DNA of 39,655 nucleotides from Coriobacteriia bacterium (GTDB lineage Bacteria; Actinomycetota; Coriobacteriia; Coriobacteriales; Eggerthellaceae): positions 1-39,655 of the forward strand of contig JAUNEQ010000002.1 of NCBI GenBank assembly GCA_030525445.1, written 5' to 3'. Below, piece by piece: positions 1 to 8,677 of this stretch. The position numbers were made by a program, and so were the translations under genes. Numbering within the stretch: the first letter of the stretch is position 1; each line of letters begins with the position of its first letter. The notes beneath the pieces were generated by a model. The model made no database searches and was not told the DNA's origin. It saw nothing but the letters and a program-made list of their open reading frames with translations.

Positions 1-40
1 GGCAGTACTTACGACGAGGCTGCTTCATGTAATCGGCCAT
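1..40 (-). CDS. rpsR: 30S ribosomal protein S18, first 13 codons only (gene runs off the window)
   Basis: The reverse complement of 1-40 reads ATG GCC GAT TAC ATG AAG CAG CCT CGT CGT AAG TAC TGC (MADYMKQPRRKYC), a basic S18-like N-terminus. It lies 28 nt downstream of ssb in the conserved rpsF-ssb-rpsR order. An AGAGAGG Shine-Dalgarno lies upstream. Confidence 0.6.
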   Translation of the reverse strand, partial: MADYMKQPRRKYC

Positions 41-68
41 GTGCCTAATACCTCTCTTCGTTTGCCAA

Positions 69-599
69 TTAGAACGGGATGTCTTCGTCGTAGACCGAAG
101 AGCTCACGTCCGGCTGAGCCTGCGGCATCGGCGCGGGAGCCTGCTGCGGCTGGGGCTGTGCATAGCCCTGGTTGTAGCCGCTGTTGTAGCCCTGGTTCCC
201 AGCGTTATAACCGCCGTTGTTGTAGCCGGAATTGCCATAGTTGCCGTTGTAGCCACCTTGCTGGCCATCGTTACGGCTGCTCATGAATTCCAGGTCGTCG
301 ACGATGACTTCGAGCTTCGAGCGTTTCTGGCCGTCACGCTCCCACGAGGAATAGCGGAGCTTGCCTTCGAGGGCCACCTTCAGGCCTTTGCGCAGGTAAG
401 GCGCAATCGCCTGGGCGCGCTGGCCGAACATCGTGCAATCGACGAAGTTCGCGTAATCCTCCCACTCGCCGGTCTGGTTGTTGCGGCGACGGTCGTTCAC
501 GGCCACGCCAAAACCAAGAACCGAAGTACCGCTGGCCGTCTGGCGCAGCTCGGCATCACGGGTGAGGTTTCCGCTGATGATAACTCGATTGATGCTCAT
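69..599 (-). CDS. ssb: single-stranded DNA-binding protein
   Basis: 176-aa ORF. It has an OB-fold N-terminus (MSINRVIISGNLTRDAELRQT...), a Gly/Asn/Gln/Tyr-rich linker and the acidic C-terminal tip DEDIPF typical of bacterial SSB. Confidence 0.95.
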   Translation of the reverse strand: MSINRVIISGNLTRDAELRQTASGTSVLGFGVAVNDRRRNNQTGEWEDYANFVDCTMFGQRAQAIAPYLRKGLKVALEGKLRYSSWERDGQKRSKLEVIVDDLEFMSSRNDGQQGGYNGNYGNSGYNNGGYNAGNQGYNSGYNQGYAQPQPQQAPAPMPQAQPDVSSSVYDEDIPF

Positions 600-646
600 T
601 TTTTCCCTCTTTCGTTACTTGCCCGCTCGGTGCGGGCTCCCACAGA

Positions 647-940
647 TTAGTCGCGATCCTCGCGGCAGACGATCATGTGACGCTCAACAGCGTCCGTGAT
701 GCGCAGCACGCGGTCGAGCTCGGCGATGTTCGCCGGTTCTGCGTGGAAGTCAACGAGGGTGTAATCACCATCGGTAAGACCGTTGATCTCATAAGCCAGC
801 TTGCGCTTGCCCCAGTTATCGGCCTTGTCGATCGTACCACCATCAGCGGTGATGACGTTCTCGATGCGCTTGTTGGCAGCGAGACGGGATTCTTCATCGA
901 TTGCGGGATTCACAAAAAACAGCAGTTCGTAAGCCTTCAT
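647..940 (-). CDS. rpsF: 30S ribosomal protein S6
   Basis: Same frame as ORF 647-1069. I took the start at the internal ATG 940, which has a GGAGG upstream. This gives 97 aa (MKAYELLFFVNPAIDEE...GKRKLAYEI...), an S6 family sequence placed directly upstream of ssb. Confidence 0.92.
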   Translation of the reverse strand: MKAYELLFFVNPAIDEESRLAANKRIENVITADGGTIDKADNWGKRKLAYEINGLTDGDYTLVDFHAEPANIAELDRVLRITDAVERHMIVCREDRD

Positions 941-1421
941 CAGCTCACCTCCTCTGGACTCAACGGCTTCGGGCCCTCCCCGAAGCAGGATAGCTAAGCC
1001 ATAATAGCGGCCGACCACACCCCGCGCAAGGAAGGTCACGTTCACTTCCACGCCGAACCCACAAAACAAGCATCTGGGCGATGGATGCCCGCGATGGGGA
1101 TAGCTCGGGAACGCCCTATCGCCCAGACGCTCGGCACATGACCGGGTCTTTTCCCGGCAAGCAGAATGCTACGGAGCCGCTCTCAAAAATCGTCATGAGG
1201 AAGTTGAAATAGCTCTCAAAAACGCCTCAATCCAGCGTCAAACGATAATCAAATTTGCCTCAAATGGCTGTCCAGCGCGACTGTTTTCCGAGGGCGGTTT
1301 TCGCACGGTTGGTGCGCGAAAATTTGTCGCATTCTGCCGCGAACACACACCCTGTACATATTTCGCAGGCCATGAGGCCTCGGAGCTCATGGCAAAGACC
1401 TCCGGGAATTGCCTCACGCAG

Positions 1422-2168
1422 TCAGAATTGCAAAATCGCACGGCTATTGGACGCGAGCGTGTCCGCGCATGCGCAACCGCGCACGTCTTCCAACGCACGC
1501 AACGCCTCATGCAGGTCTTGCTCCCAGGCATCCAGGGGGAATGCGGCATCTTCTTCGGGCGGAAGATCGGTTTCCAGCAGCAGGCGATCCGCAGGCAGGA
1601 TGCGCGCGTACTCACGTTCACGCTTGGTGGAAAGCGCGCGCAGGTTCACCGAAAACGAGCACCCCGCCCGAACGGCGCGCCACAGCCCCTCGCTCGTATC
1701 GGAATACCAGTGGAAGATGACCCGGTTGTTCTTCAGGCATCCCGTTGTCTCGAGCACATCGAGCACCGTTTCGGCAGACCGCACCGCATGCACGGTGAGC
1801 AGCTTCCCACCTTCCCGCGCGCACGCACGGGCGATGCATTCGAAGGCGGCAACCTGCTGTTCGCGCGAGCTCACGCATCGCTTCCCAAAATCGAGCCCGA
1901 CTTCTCCCACAAAACGCGTTTCACGCACCAATTCGGCCACATGCTGGGCATCCGCAAGGTCGCACCGTCCATCATGCACCCACCACGGATGGAGCCCCAC
2001 GCCCACGCGCACGTTGGGCGCATCCGCCAACGATTCGCGCGCCAGAAGATACCCGGCCGGTGTCACCGTCGCCGAGAAGAACCCCATTCCGCGCTGGGCC
2101 GCCGCATCCGCGAAGACGCGCGGTTCCGCGAGAAAATCCAGGTGACAATGCATATCGAACAGTTCCAA
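1422..2168 (-). CDS. TatD-family metal-dependent hydrolase
   Basis: N-terminal FDMHCHLDF metal-binding motif, internal HAV and HWY histidines, and LLLETDLP near the C-terminus, as in TatD/YcfH amidohydrolases. The start is ambiguous: ATG 2210 has no RBS, TTG 2168 has GGAGG about 7 nt upstream, and ATG 2153 is also possible. Confidence 0.78.
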   Translation of the reverse strand: MELFDMHCHLDFLAEPRVFADAAAQRGMGFFSATVTPAGYLLARESLADAPNVRVGVGLHPWWVHDGRCDLADAQHVAELVRETRFVGEVGLDFGKRCVSSREQQVAAFECIARACAREGGKLLTVHAVRSAETVLDVLETTGCLKNNRVIFHWYSDTSEGLWRAVRAGCSFSVNLRALSTKREREYARILPADRLLLETDLPPEEDAAFPLDAWEQDLHEALRALEDVRGCACADTLASNSRAILQF

Positions 2169-2226
2169 CCTCACACCTCCACCCCCACCATAACATGGGA
2201 GCGGCACCATGAGCCCGGGCGTCCCG

Positions 2227-4656
2227 CTACTCCTGGACCTTCAGCGCCTCTTCCAGCCGGACGCGCTTGATTGCGCGCACGTGGAACAACGCGACGACCA
2301 GGTACGTCGCGAACCCGATGGCAACCGATTCGGCCATGAGCCAGAACGGGATGTTGATGGCGAAGTTGCCCGAGTAATTCATGAATACGACTTCCGCGAA
2401 CAGGCAAACCGCCCAGATGACGATGGGCAAGCTCACCACGAGGGAGACCGCCACGGTGATGGTGATGGAGCGCACGTACAGCTTGTTGATCTCGCGGTCG
2501 CGGTATCCAAACACCTTCATGTACGAGATGGAACGAGCGCTTCGGTCGATGACGGTCTTCGTGAGCAGGTACATCATGATGAAGTAGATGACGACCGCCA
2601 TGTACACGACCATGTCCATCATCTCGCCCATCGAGTCATCCATCTGGTTCGCGATCTTGCGCATATCTTCGACGGTGAGCACGCTCGCCACGTAGTCGTC
2701 ATCCAGGTTCAGCTCCTCATCCGACACGTACCCGTTGAAGTAATCGGGCTCGTTGTCGAACACCCGGTTAAAGGTATCCAGGCTCATGTAGAGGTTGGTG
2801 TTCGCCGGTTCGCCCACAAGGCCAGACACCGTTAATTCATGCGTTTCACCAGCGTATTTATCGAAGAACGGATAGGTGCTGCCAACCTCGACGTTGCACT
2901 TGGCAACCAGGCCCTGGCCCGCCAAAACCGCGCCGCCGCTCACGTCGAAATCGGGCCAATAGCGCGAGCCCTCTTGGATGCCGTATACCGTGATGGTTTC
3001 GGTGAGATCGCCCCATTTGTGCGCCAATTCCACCTGGCCCATCGCGATTTTCTCGGCCTGCGCCTTCACGTCGTCGGGGATATCGCCCGTATTCGCCGGA
3101 TGAATGTCATCCACATCGCCCATCAAGTTGCTGGTGATGACGTTCATCTGCTCGTCGGAATGGCCCGCGTTGCCGGTGTCCATCATGTTCATCAGCACGT
3201 ATTCCGCGCGCTTGTCGGCCGAGGCGTCGATCTCGAGCGGCGCCTTGAGCGAGTAGGTGTAGGCGGCAGGAAGGTCGTCTTCCATGTCTTGCACGTAGTC
3301 TTCGATGACCATCTGCATGCCCAAGCCAAAGATGAGCAGGAGGCTCGCGATGAGGATGCCCGCGAACAACGTCGCGAAATGCGAGATGTTGCGCGTGAAC
3401 ACACGAATGCGGAAGCGCATGATGTAGCCCCAGCGCTCCGGGAGTTGCAGACCCTTGCCCGCCTTGCGATGGCGGCGCGTATCGTGGCGCAGGAACTGAA
3501 TGGGCGTGCAGCGCAGCTTGAGCGCCAAGCCCACCGCATTCACCACCATCAGAATGACAAAGGGCACCACCGTCGTGAGCACGAAAATCGAGGCGTCGAA
3601 GCGCACGGTAAGCGGCGGGAAGCTGTACGAGTTGTAGTACAACCCGCTGAATGGCGTGATGAACAGGCCATATCCCACGGCGTTGCCCACGGCGCACGCC
3701 GCTATGCCCACGGCCGCCGGCAGGAACAGATAGTGGCGCAGCAGCTCGCCCTTGTTGTATCCGCTGGCGAGCAGCGTGCCGATGACCGCGCTCTCCTCTT
3801 CGATGGTCGCCGAGGTGAGCACCACGAAGATGAACGCCATCACGATGATGATGAGGTAAAACAGCACGCGGAACATCGCCTGGTCATGGGTGACATCCTC
3901 GCCAGCGTAGAAGAACGCCTGGTTGGACCACATGTCCACGATATCGGTGACGCGCGCGCCCGCATTGGTAAGCGCCTTCGCGATATCCACCTGCTTGTCC
4001 ACGCGCTCTGCCGTGGTGAGGTCGTCGTACCCTTCGACGTAATACGCGTAATCGTACGAGGTCACATCGCCTTTCAGGGCGTTCCACGATTCCTGCGTCA
4101 CCAAGCCAACCGTGAAGGTGAGCGTGTTCATGACGAAGTCCTCGTTGCGCTCGAACAGCGCCGTGTAATCGGAAAGCACGACATCGCCCACGATGGTGAA
4201 ATCCTTGCCCTCAATCCGGATCGTGTCGCCCAGCTTCACGCTGTGCTTTGCCAGGAACGTATCGTCGAGGGCGATTTCACCTGCCGCTTCGGGAAGGCGC
4301 CCCTCGTAGATGGCCGGCAGGTTGAATCCATCTCGGTTCGCGAATACACGCACGTTCGTCTGGCGGTCGTCAATCGTCGTCGTGATGTCATGGCTGAAGT
4401 TCTCGCGAACGCTTACGCCGATATCCGCCAGCGCCGATTCGGCGTTGCGGCCAATCTTGTCGTTCGTCACGAAGTGGCCGTTTTCCGTATGGTACGTCTC
4501 CGGTATCTCGTTGAACATCTTCTCGATGCTGCTCGCGCCGGCGAGAAAACCCGCCACCATCGCGATGCTTGCAGCCATGAGCGCGAAGATGCCGATATAG
4601 CGCCCCAGGTTGTGGCGCAATTCGCGGAGGTGGCGCTTGTTCAAAGGGCAACGCAT
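2227..4656 (-). CDS. ABC transporter permease, FtsX/MacB-like, two FtsX-type modules
   Basis: 809 aa. It has a short cytoplasmic N-terminus, then a TM helix (IGIFALMAASIAMVAGFLAG), large extracytoplasmic domains and two multi-TM bundles. The start is 6 nt downstream of the ATPase stop. Confidence 0.85.
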   Translation of the reverse strand: MRCPLNKRHLRELRHNLGRYIGIFALMAASIAMVAGFLAGASSIEKMFNEIPETYHTENGHFVTNDKIGRNAESALADIGVSVRENFSHDITTTIDDRQTNVRVFANRDGFNLPAIYEGRLPEAAGEIALDDTFLAKHSVKLGDTIRIEGKDFTIVGDVVLSDYTALFERNEDFVMNTLTFTVGLVTQESWNALKGDVTSYDYAYYVEGYDDLTTAERVDKQVDIAKALTNAGARVTDIVDMWSNQAFFYAGEDVTHDQAMFRVLFYLIIIVMAFIFVVLTSATIEEESAVIGTLLASGYNKGELLRHYLFLPAAVGIAACAVGNAVGYGLFITPFSGLYYNSYSFPPLTVRFDASIFVLTTVVPFVILMVVNAVGLALKLRCTPIQFLRHDTRRHRKAGKGLQLPERWGYIMRFRIRVFTRNISHFATLFAGILIASLLLIFGLGMQMVIEDYVQDMEDDLPAAYTYSLKAPLEIDASADKRAEYVLMNMMDTGNAGHSDEQMNVITSNLMGDVDDIHPANTGDIPDDVKAQAEKIAMGQVELAHKWGDLTETITVYGIQEGSRYWPDFDVSGGAVLAGQGLVAKCNVEVGSTYPFFDKYAGETHELTVSGLVGEPANTNLYMSLDTFNRVFDNEPDYFNGYVSDEELNLDDDYVASVLTVEDMRKIANQMDDSMGEMMDMVVYMAVVIYFIMMYLLTKTVIDRSARSISYMKVFGYRDREINKLYVRSITITVAVSLVVSLPIVIWAVCLFAEVVFMNYSGNFAINIPFWLMAESVAIGFATYLVVALFHVRAIKRVRLEEALKVQE

Positions 4657-4662
4657 CGCAGG

Positions 4663-5367
4663 CTACCACTCCAGCATCTCGGCAGGGATGACCTGGTCGT
4701 TCAGCGTGTTTTCCGCAATCACGCCATCGCGCAGGCGTAGGATGCGATGCGCCATCTTCCCGATGGCGTCGTTGTGCGTGACGATGATGACCGTGCAGCC
4801 GTATTGCCTGTTCACCTGCTCGATGAGCGCGAGAATCTCCTTCGAGGTCTCGTAATCGAGTGCGCCGGTGGGCTCGTCGCACAGCAGCAGTCCCGGGTTC
4901 TTCACGAGGGCGCGGCCGATAGCGCAGCGCTGCTGCTGGCCGCCCGAAACCTGCCGGGGAAACTTGTTGCGCTGATCCCAGAGCCCCAGGCCGCGCAGCA
5001 GGTCATCCAGCGGAAGCGGCTTCTTCGAGAGGTATTCCGTGGCCTCGATGTTTTCGCGAATGGTGAGGTCGGGCACCAGGTTGTAGAACTGGAACACAAA
5101 CCCCAGCTCACGGCGGCGATACTCCCCCAGCTGCTTTGCGTTGAGGGCGGTGAGCTCGGTGCCGTTCACCACGATGCTCCCCGAATCGGCCGGCTCGAGG
5201 CCGCCGACGAGGTCGAGGAAGGTCGACTTGCCCGAACCCGACGGGCCCAGCAGCACGCAGATCTCGCCCTTTTCAAGCTCGACGTCCATACCGCGCAGCA
5301 CCTCAACGCGTGCCTCGCCCTCGCCAAAGCCTTTATGTAGGTCGTGTATCTGCAAATACGCACTCAT
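4663..5367 (-). CDS. ABC transporter ATP-binding protein (MacB/LolD-like)
   Basis: Walker [13 protein letters not shown] signature VSGGQQQR and Walker [14 protein letters not shown] chose ATG 5367 ([10 protein letters not shown]...); the ORF track opens at TTG 5379. Confidence 0.92.
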   Translation of the reverse strand: MSAYLQIHDLHKGFGEGEARVEVLRGMDVELEKGEICVLLGPSGSGKSTFLDLVGGLEPADSGSIVVNGTELTALNAKQLGEYRRRELGFVFQFYNLVPDLTIRENIEATEYLSKKPLPLDDLLRGLGLWDQRNKFPRQVSGGQQQRCAIGRALVKNPGLLLCDEPTGALDYETSKEILALIEQVNRQYGCTVIIVTHNDAIGKMAHRILRLRDGVIAENTLNDQVIPAEMLEW

Positions 5368-5382
5368 CGTTATCCCCAATAA

Positions 5383-5412
5383 GTTAGGTTTTCCTAATTA
5401 GGCTATCCTACC
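5383..5412 (-). promoter_or_regulatory. tandem TTAGG-N4-CCTAA palindromes directly upstream of the ABC exporter operon (candidate operator)
   Basis: The plus strand reads GTTAGGTTTTCCTAATTAGGCTATCCTACC, that is TTAGG-TTTT-CCTAA followed by TTAGG-CTAT-CCTA. It starts 16 nt from the ATPase start codon. A near-identical tandem pair occurs at 30133-30166. Confidence 0.35.
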
Positions 5413-5486
5413 ACGCATATGCGGGGATTGACGAGTTGCCTTTGCGTTGTTTATCCGTGCGAGGTGCGCGCGCTTCATCGCGCCGC

Positions 5487-5581
5487 TAACGGAAGCGAAT
5501 CGCATTTCACTTCCGTTATTGCGACCCTAACGGAAGTGAAATATAATTCACTTCCGTTAATAACCCCGTAACGGTAGTGAA
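5487..5581 (+). promoter_or_regulatory. fic operator array: two 13-6-13 palindromes plus a half-site
   Basis: IR1 (5487-5518) is TAACGGAAGCGAA-tcgcat-TTCACTTCCGTTA, with 1 mismatch. IR2 (5528-5559) is TAACGGAAGTGAA-atataa-TTCACTTCCGTTA and is perfect. A half-site TAACGGTAGTGAA lies at 5569-5581. The IR centres are 41 bp apart. Confidence 0.6.
5519..5547 (+). promoter_or_regulatory. candidate sigma-70-type promoter of fic
   Basis: TTGCGA (5519-5524), a 17-bp spacer, then TATAAT (5542-5547). The -10 box sits in the centre of palindrome IR2. Confidence 0.5.
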
Positions 5582-5596
5582 TAGCAGGTGGCAATC

Positions 5597-6781
5597 ATGT
5601 GGCCGAGCATAGAGTACGAAACCTGTCCGTGGGAACGCGATGTGGACGAACTCGCATTCATCCCGAAAAGCAAGCGGAGGAAAATCCTATCCACCTATCA
5701 GGCGGCTATTCCCGCGCCGATTTCCTCAGAACCGGTTGCGCTCTCTACCACGCTCGAGCACCGCATCCGCGAAATCGAAGTCGCTCTCGCGCGATTTGAC
5801 CAAGCCCAGAACGCACGTGGGCTTAAGCTGCCCGCGCTTCTCCTGAGGAGCGAATCGTCCTCGAGCTCGCAGATTGAACGCCTTACTTCGAGTGTTCGCA
5901 ACGTCGCCCTTGCGGAACTATCGGACAAGGCCCCCGCGAACGCAACGCTCATAGCCAGCAATGTCGCGGCAATGCGAACAGCGCTCGAACAGGCAGGCAA
6001 CCTCGATATCGATTCCATCTGCGCCGTCCACGACGTGCTCATCAGAGGCACAGGCGAGTCGGAGGGGCTGCGAAAAGAGCAGGTGTGGATTGGCGGGTCG
6101 ATCTACAGTCCCCACGGCGCACTGTTTGTTCCCCCACAACCAACAAGAATCCGTCCTTGTTTGGAGGATTTGCTGGCATTTGGCGCCAGGGACGACGTTA
6201 CGCCTGTGGCGAAAGCGGCCATCTTCCATGCACAATTCGAGACCATCCACCCCTTCACGGATGGCAATGGACGTACCGGACGTGCGCTCATTCACCGTAT
6301 GCTTGCCGCAGACGAAGCACTCATGGACACGATGCTCCCCGTGTCGACGGGGCTATTACACGATGTCAATCGTTACATGGACGCGCTCAACGCGTACCAC
6401 GATGGAAATATCGAAGCAATCATCGAGTGTTTGGCCGACGCCCTCGAACTCGCCATTGTTATCGGGTCACGGCTCTCTTCCGAAGCCGAGTCGATACTGG
6501 ATAAATGGGAAGCGGCCAACACGGACCGCGCTGGATCGGCTTCGCATCGCCTACCAGCAATTCTCATCGAGCAGCCAGTGGTAGACGTCGCCTATGTCGC
6601 ATCTCGCCTCGATATCACCGACCGAGCAGCGCGCAATCTCATCGAAACCGCCTGCGAACGGGGCATACTTGCAAAAATGGGCAACGCGAAACGCGGCGCG
6701 TTCTACCAAGCGCCCGATCTCATATCCATCTTGGAAGAGGCATCGAATCTCCAGGGCATACGCCGGATGGCCGCTCGATAA
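5597..6781 (+). CDS. Fic-family protein (AMPylase-type Fido domain) with a C-terminal winged-helix-like tail
   Basis: Core Fic motif HPFTDGNGRTGR. The N-terminal region carries SSQIER, which resembles the [S/T]xxxE inhibitory helix. ATG 5597 is preceded by AGGTGG; the ORF track opens at GTG 5588. Confidence 0.9.
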   Translation: MWPSIEYETCPWERDVDELAFIPKSKRRKILSTYQAAIPAPISSEPVALSTTLEHRIREIEVALARFDQAQNARGLKLPALLLRSESSSSSQIERLTSSVRNVALAELSDKAPANATLIASNVAAMRTALEQAGNLDIDSICAVHDVLIRGTGESEGLRKEQVWIGGSIYSPHGALFVPPQPTRIRPCLEDLLAFGARDDVTPVAKAAIFHAQFETIHPFTDGNGRTGRALIHRMLAADEALMDTMLPVSTGLLHDVNRYMDALNAYHDGNIEAIIECLADALELAIVIGSRLSSEAESILDKWEAANTDRAGSASHRLPAILIEQPVVDVAYVASRLDITDRAARNLIETACERGILAKMGNAKRGAFYQAPDLISILEEASNLQGIRRMAAR

Positions 6782-6832
6782 ACCCGACTTGCACGAAGCG
6801 GAATCGAGTGACCCTTCGCTAGCCAGGTCCTT

Positions 6833-7027
6833 TTGCACGAAAAAGTCGACCTGATTCCAAAAAATCGAGGATATCAGTGTTTTTCGGATGGCCCTCGAAA
6901 CGAGGTGCTCTCAGACGCGCCTGTGACCAGGCCATATAGAGGTGCTGTCTCCGTCGAGTGACGAAATATCACCCCAAAAACACTGATATCCTCGATTTTT
7001 TGGAATCAGAACGAAAATTTCGTGCAA
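6833..7027. repeat. long inverted repeat: 34-bp perfect core, 52-bp imperfect arms, around a 91-bp centre
   Basis: 6851-6884 (CTGATTCCAAAAAATCGAGGATATCAGTGTTTTT) is the exact reverse complement of 6976-7009. The arms extend to 6833 and 7027 with 47 of 52 positions matching. Confidence 0.9.
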
Positions 7028-7111
7028 GGCACTCATTGCAAGCCGGATAAAGCCATCCGGCTCGTAGCTTTTCTCGCGTAATCCGCGGCTTTTCGCGACC
7101 AGTCCGCTACC

Positions 7112-7546
7112 ATGGGCGGCATGGTTAGCGAAGCGGTACATAAATCGATGCAGGGAAACAAGCGCCGGGACACCAAACCCGAGCTCATGGTGAGGCGCAC
7201 GCTGCGGCAGCTGGGCTTCCCGGGTTACCGCTGCGATTGGAAGAAGGCCCCGGGGCATCCCGACATCGCATTCCCCGGCCGCAAGATCGCGATTTTCGTG
7301 CATGGGTGCTTTTGGCATAGCCACGAGGGATGCAAGTTCGCAAGCAAACCCTCCACGAACACCGACTACTGGAACGCGAAGTTCGCGCGCAACAAGGCGC
7401 GCGATGAACGCGTGCGCTCCGAGCTCGAAGCGGCCGGCTGGAAGGTCATCGTCATCTGGGAATGTGAGCTCAAGAAAGACAAACTGCCCAATACGCAGGA
7501 ATATCTCTACGGCGTGATGAGCCTGTCGGAGCACGCAAAACGGTAG
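7112..7546 (+). CDS. vsr: very short patch repair endonuclease
   Basis: 144 aa with the Vsr signature: DTKPE...LGF...PG.PDIAFPGRKIAIFVHGCFWHSH..C......P..NTDYW..KF..N..RD......L..AGW.V..IWECEL. Confidence 0.9.
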   Translation: MGGMVSEAVHKSMQGNKRRDTKPELMVRRTLRQLGFPGYRCDWKKAPGHPDIAFPGRKIAIFVHGCFWHSHEGCKFASKPSTNTDYWNAKFARNKARDERVRSELEAAGWKVIVIWECELKKDKLPNTQEYLYGVMSLSEHAKR

Positions 7547-7679
7547 GAAACCAGCTACCGCACACACCAGGCAGGCGACCCGCGCCGTCCACGGCAATCC
7601 ACAATATCCCCAGGTTATACGCTTCGCGCAGCGCTACAATATGCGAGTTCATTTGAAACCAACGGAAGGACTTTTACTA

Positions 7680-8600
7680 ATGTATAAGGTTCATTGCCTG
7701 AACAACATCTCGGAGAAGGGCCTCGCGCTTTTCTCCGACCAGTACGAAATCACCGACAATATCGACGAGGCGGATGTCATCCTGGTCCGCAGCGCGAACA
7801 TGAAGGAGATGGAGTTCTCCGCTAACCTGAAGTGCGTCGCCCGTGCTGGCGCCGGCGTGAACAACATCCCGCTGGACGTGCTGGCCGAAAAGGGCATCCC
7901 CGTGTTCAACACTCCGGGCGCCAACGCCAATGCCGTGAAGGAGCTCGTGCTGTGCGGCATGCTGCTCGCCGCGCGCGACGTCATCGGCGGCATCGATTGG
8001 TGCCGCGCCAATGCCGACGACGCCAACGTGGGCAAGGCCGCCGAAAAGGCCAAGAAGGCCTATGCCGGCAACGAGATCACCGAGCACACCCTGGGCATCA
8101 TCGGCCTGGGCGCCATCGGCGCGAAGGTGGCGCAGGCCGCCGAGGCGCTGGGCATGAGCCTCGTGGGCTATGACCCGTTCCTCGATGCAGAAAAGGCCGC
8201 TGCCATCTCCCCCAACCTGACCTTCGTCACCGACCTGGCCGACCTCTACGCCCCCGCCGACTACATCACCATCCACGTGCCGGCGGTCGAAGGCACCATC
8301 GGCATGATCGACGCCGCCGCCATCGCCCAGATGAAGGACGGCGTGAACTTCCTGAACTTCGCGCGCGACACCCTCGTCAACGACGCCGACATGGCTGCCG
8401 CTCTGGAGTCCGGCAAGGTCAACCGCTACGTCACCGACTTCGCCAATGCCGCCGTGGTGAACATGCCGCGCGCCATCGTGCTGCCGCACCTGGGCGCTTC
8501 CACCGACGAAGCCGAGGAAAACTGCGCGAAGATGGCCGTCCAGGAAGTGATGAAATACCTGGAAACGGGCGAAAAAGTGCATTGCGTGAACCTGAAATAA
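7680..8600 (+). CDS. serA: D-isomer 2-hydroxyacid dehydrogenase, short 3-phosphoglycerate dehydrogenase type (no ACT domain)
   Basis: NAD-binding GIIGLGAIGAKVA, and ARAGAGVNNIPLD...VFNTPGANANAVKELV as in SerA of anaerobes. ATG 7680 follows GGAAGGA. Substrate specificity cannot be read from the sequence. Confidence 0.75.
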   Translation: MYKVHCLNNISEKGLALFSDQYEITDNIDEADVILVRSANMKEMEFSANLKCVARAGAGVNNIPLDVLAEKGIPVFNTPGANANAVKELVLCGMLLAARDVIGGIDWCRANADDANVGKAAEKAKKAYAGNEITEHTLGIIGLGAIGAKVAQAAEALGMSLVGYDPFLDAEKAAAISPNLTFVTDLADLYAPADYITIHVPAVEGTIGMIDAAAIAQMKDGVNFLNFARDTLVNDADMAAALESGKVNRYVTDFANAAVVNMPRAIVLPHLGASTDEAEENCAKMAVQEVMKYLETGEKVHCVNLK

Positions 8601-8677
8601 GGTTATAACGAAATAGAAAAGCTCCAATCATTTGCCTTCTGGCGGCTCCCGTCAAGGCATCATGGAAAGGAACAAAA

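Noticed and set aside
941-1421. Possible small gene or ncRNA in the 480-bp rpsF upstream region
   Set aside because: I found only short hairpins, for example CTTCGGG/CCCGAAG next to the rpsF SD. That one may be an S6:S18 autoregulatory leader. I found no tRNA-like fold, no convincing promoter and no ORF with an RBS, so the evidence is too weak to annotate.
2839-4740. 633-aa ORF on the plus strand, antisense to the ABC permease
   Set aside because: It is Arg/Ala/His/Val-rich and low in complexity, with no motifs. It lies fully inside a well-supported minus-strand gene. This is the typical long shadow ORF of GC-rich DNA.
6911-7597. 228-aa minus-strand ORF overlapping vsr
   Set aside because: The plus-strand frame carries the complete Vsr signature. 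The minus-strand ORF has no motifs and would run through the inverted-repeat element.
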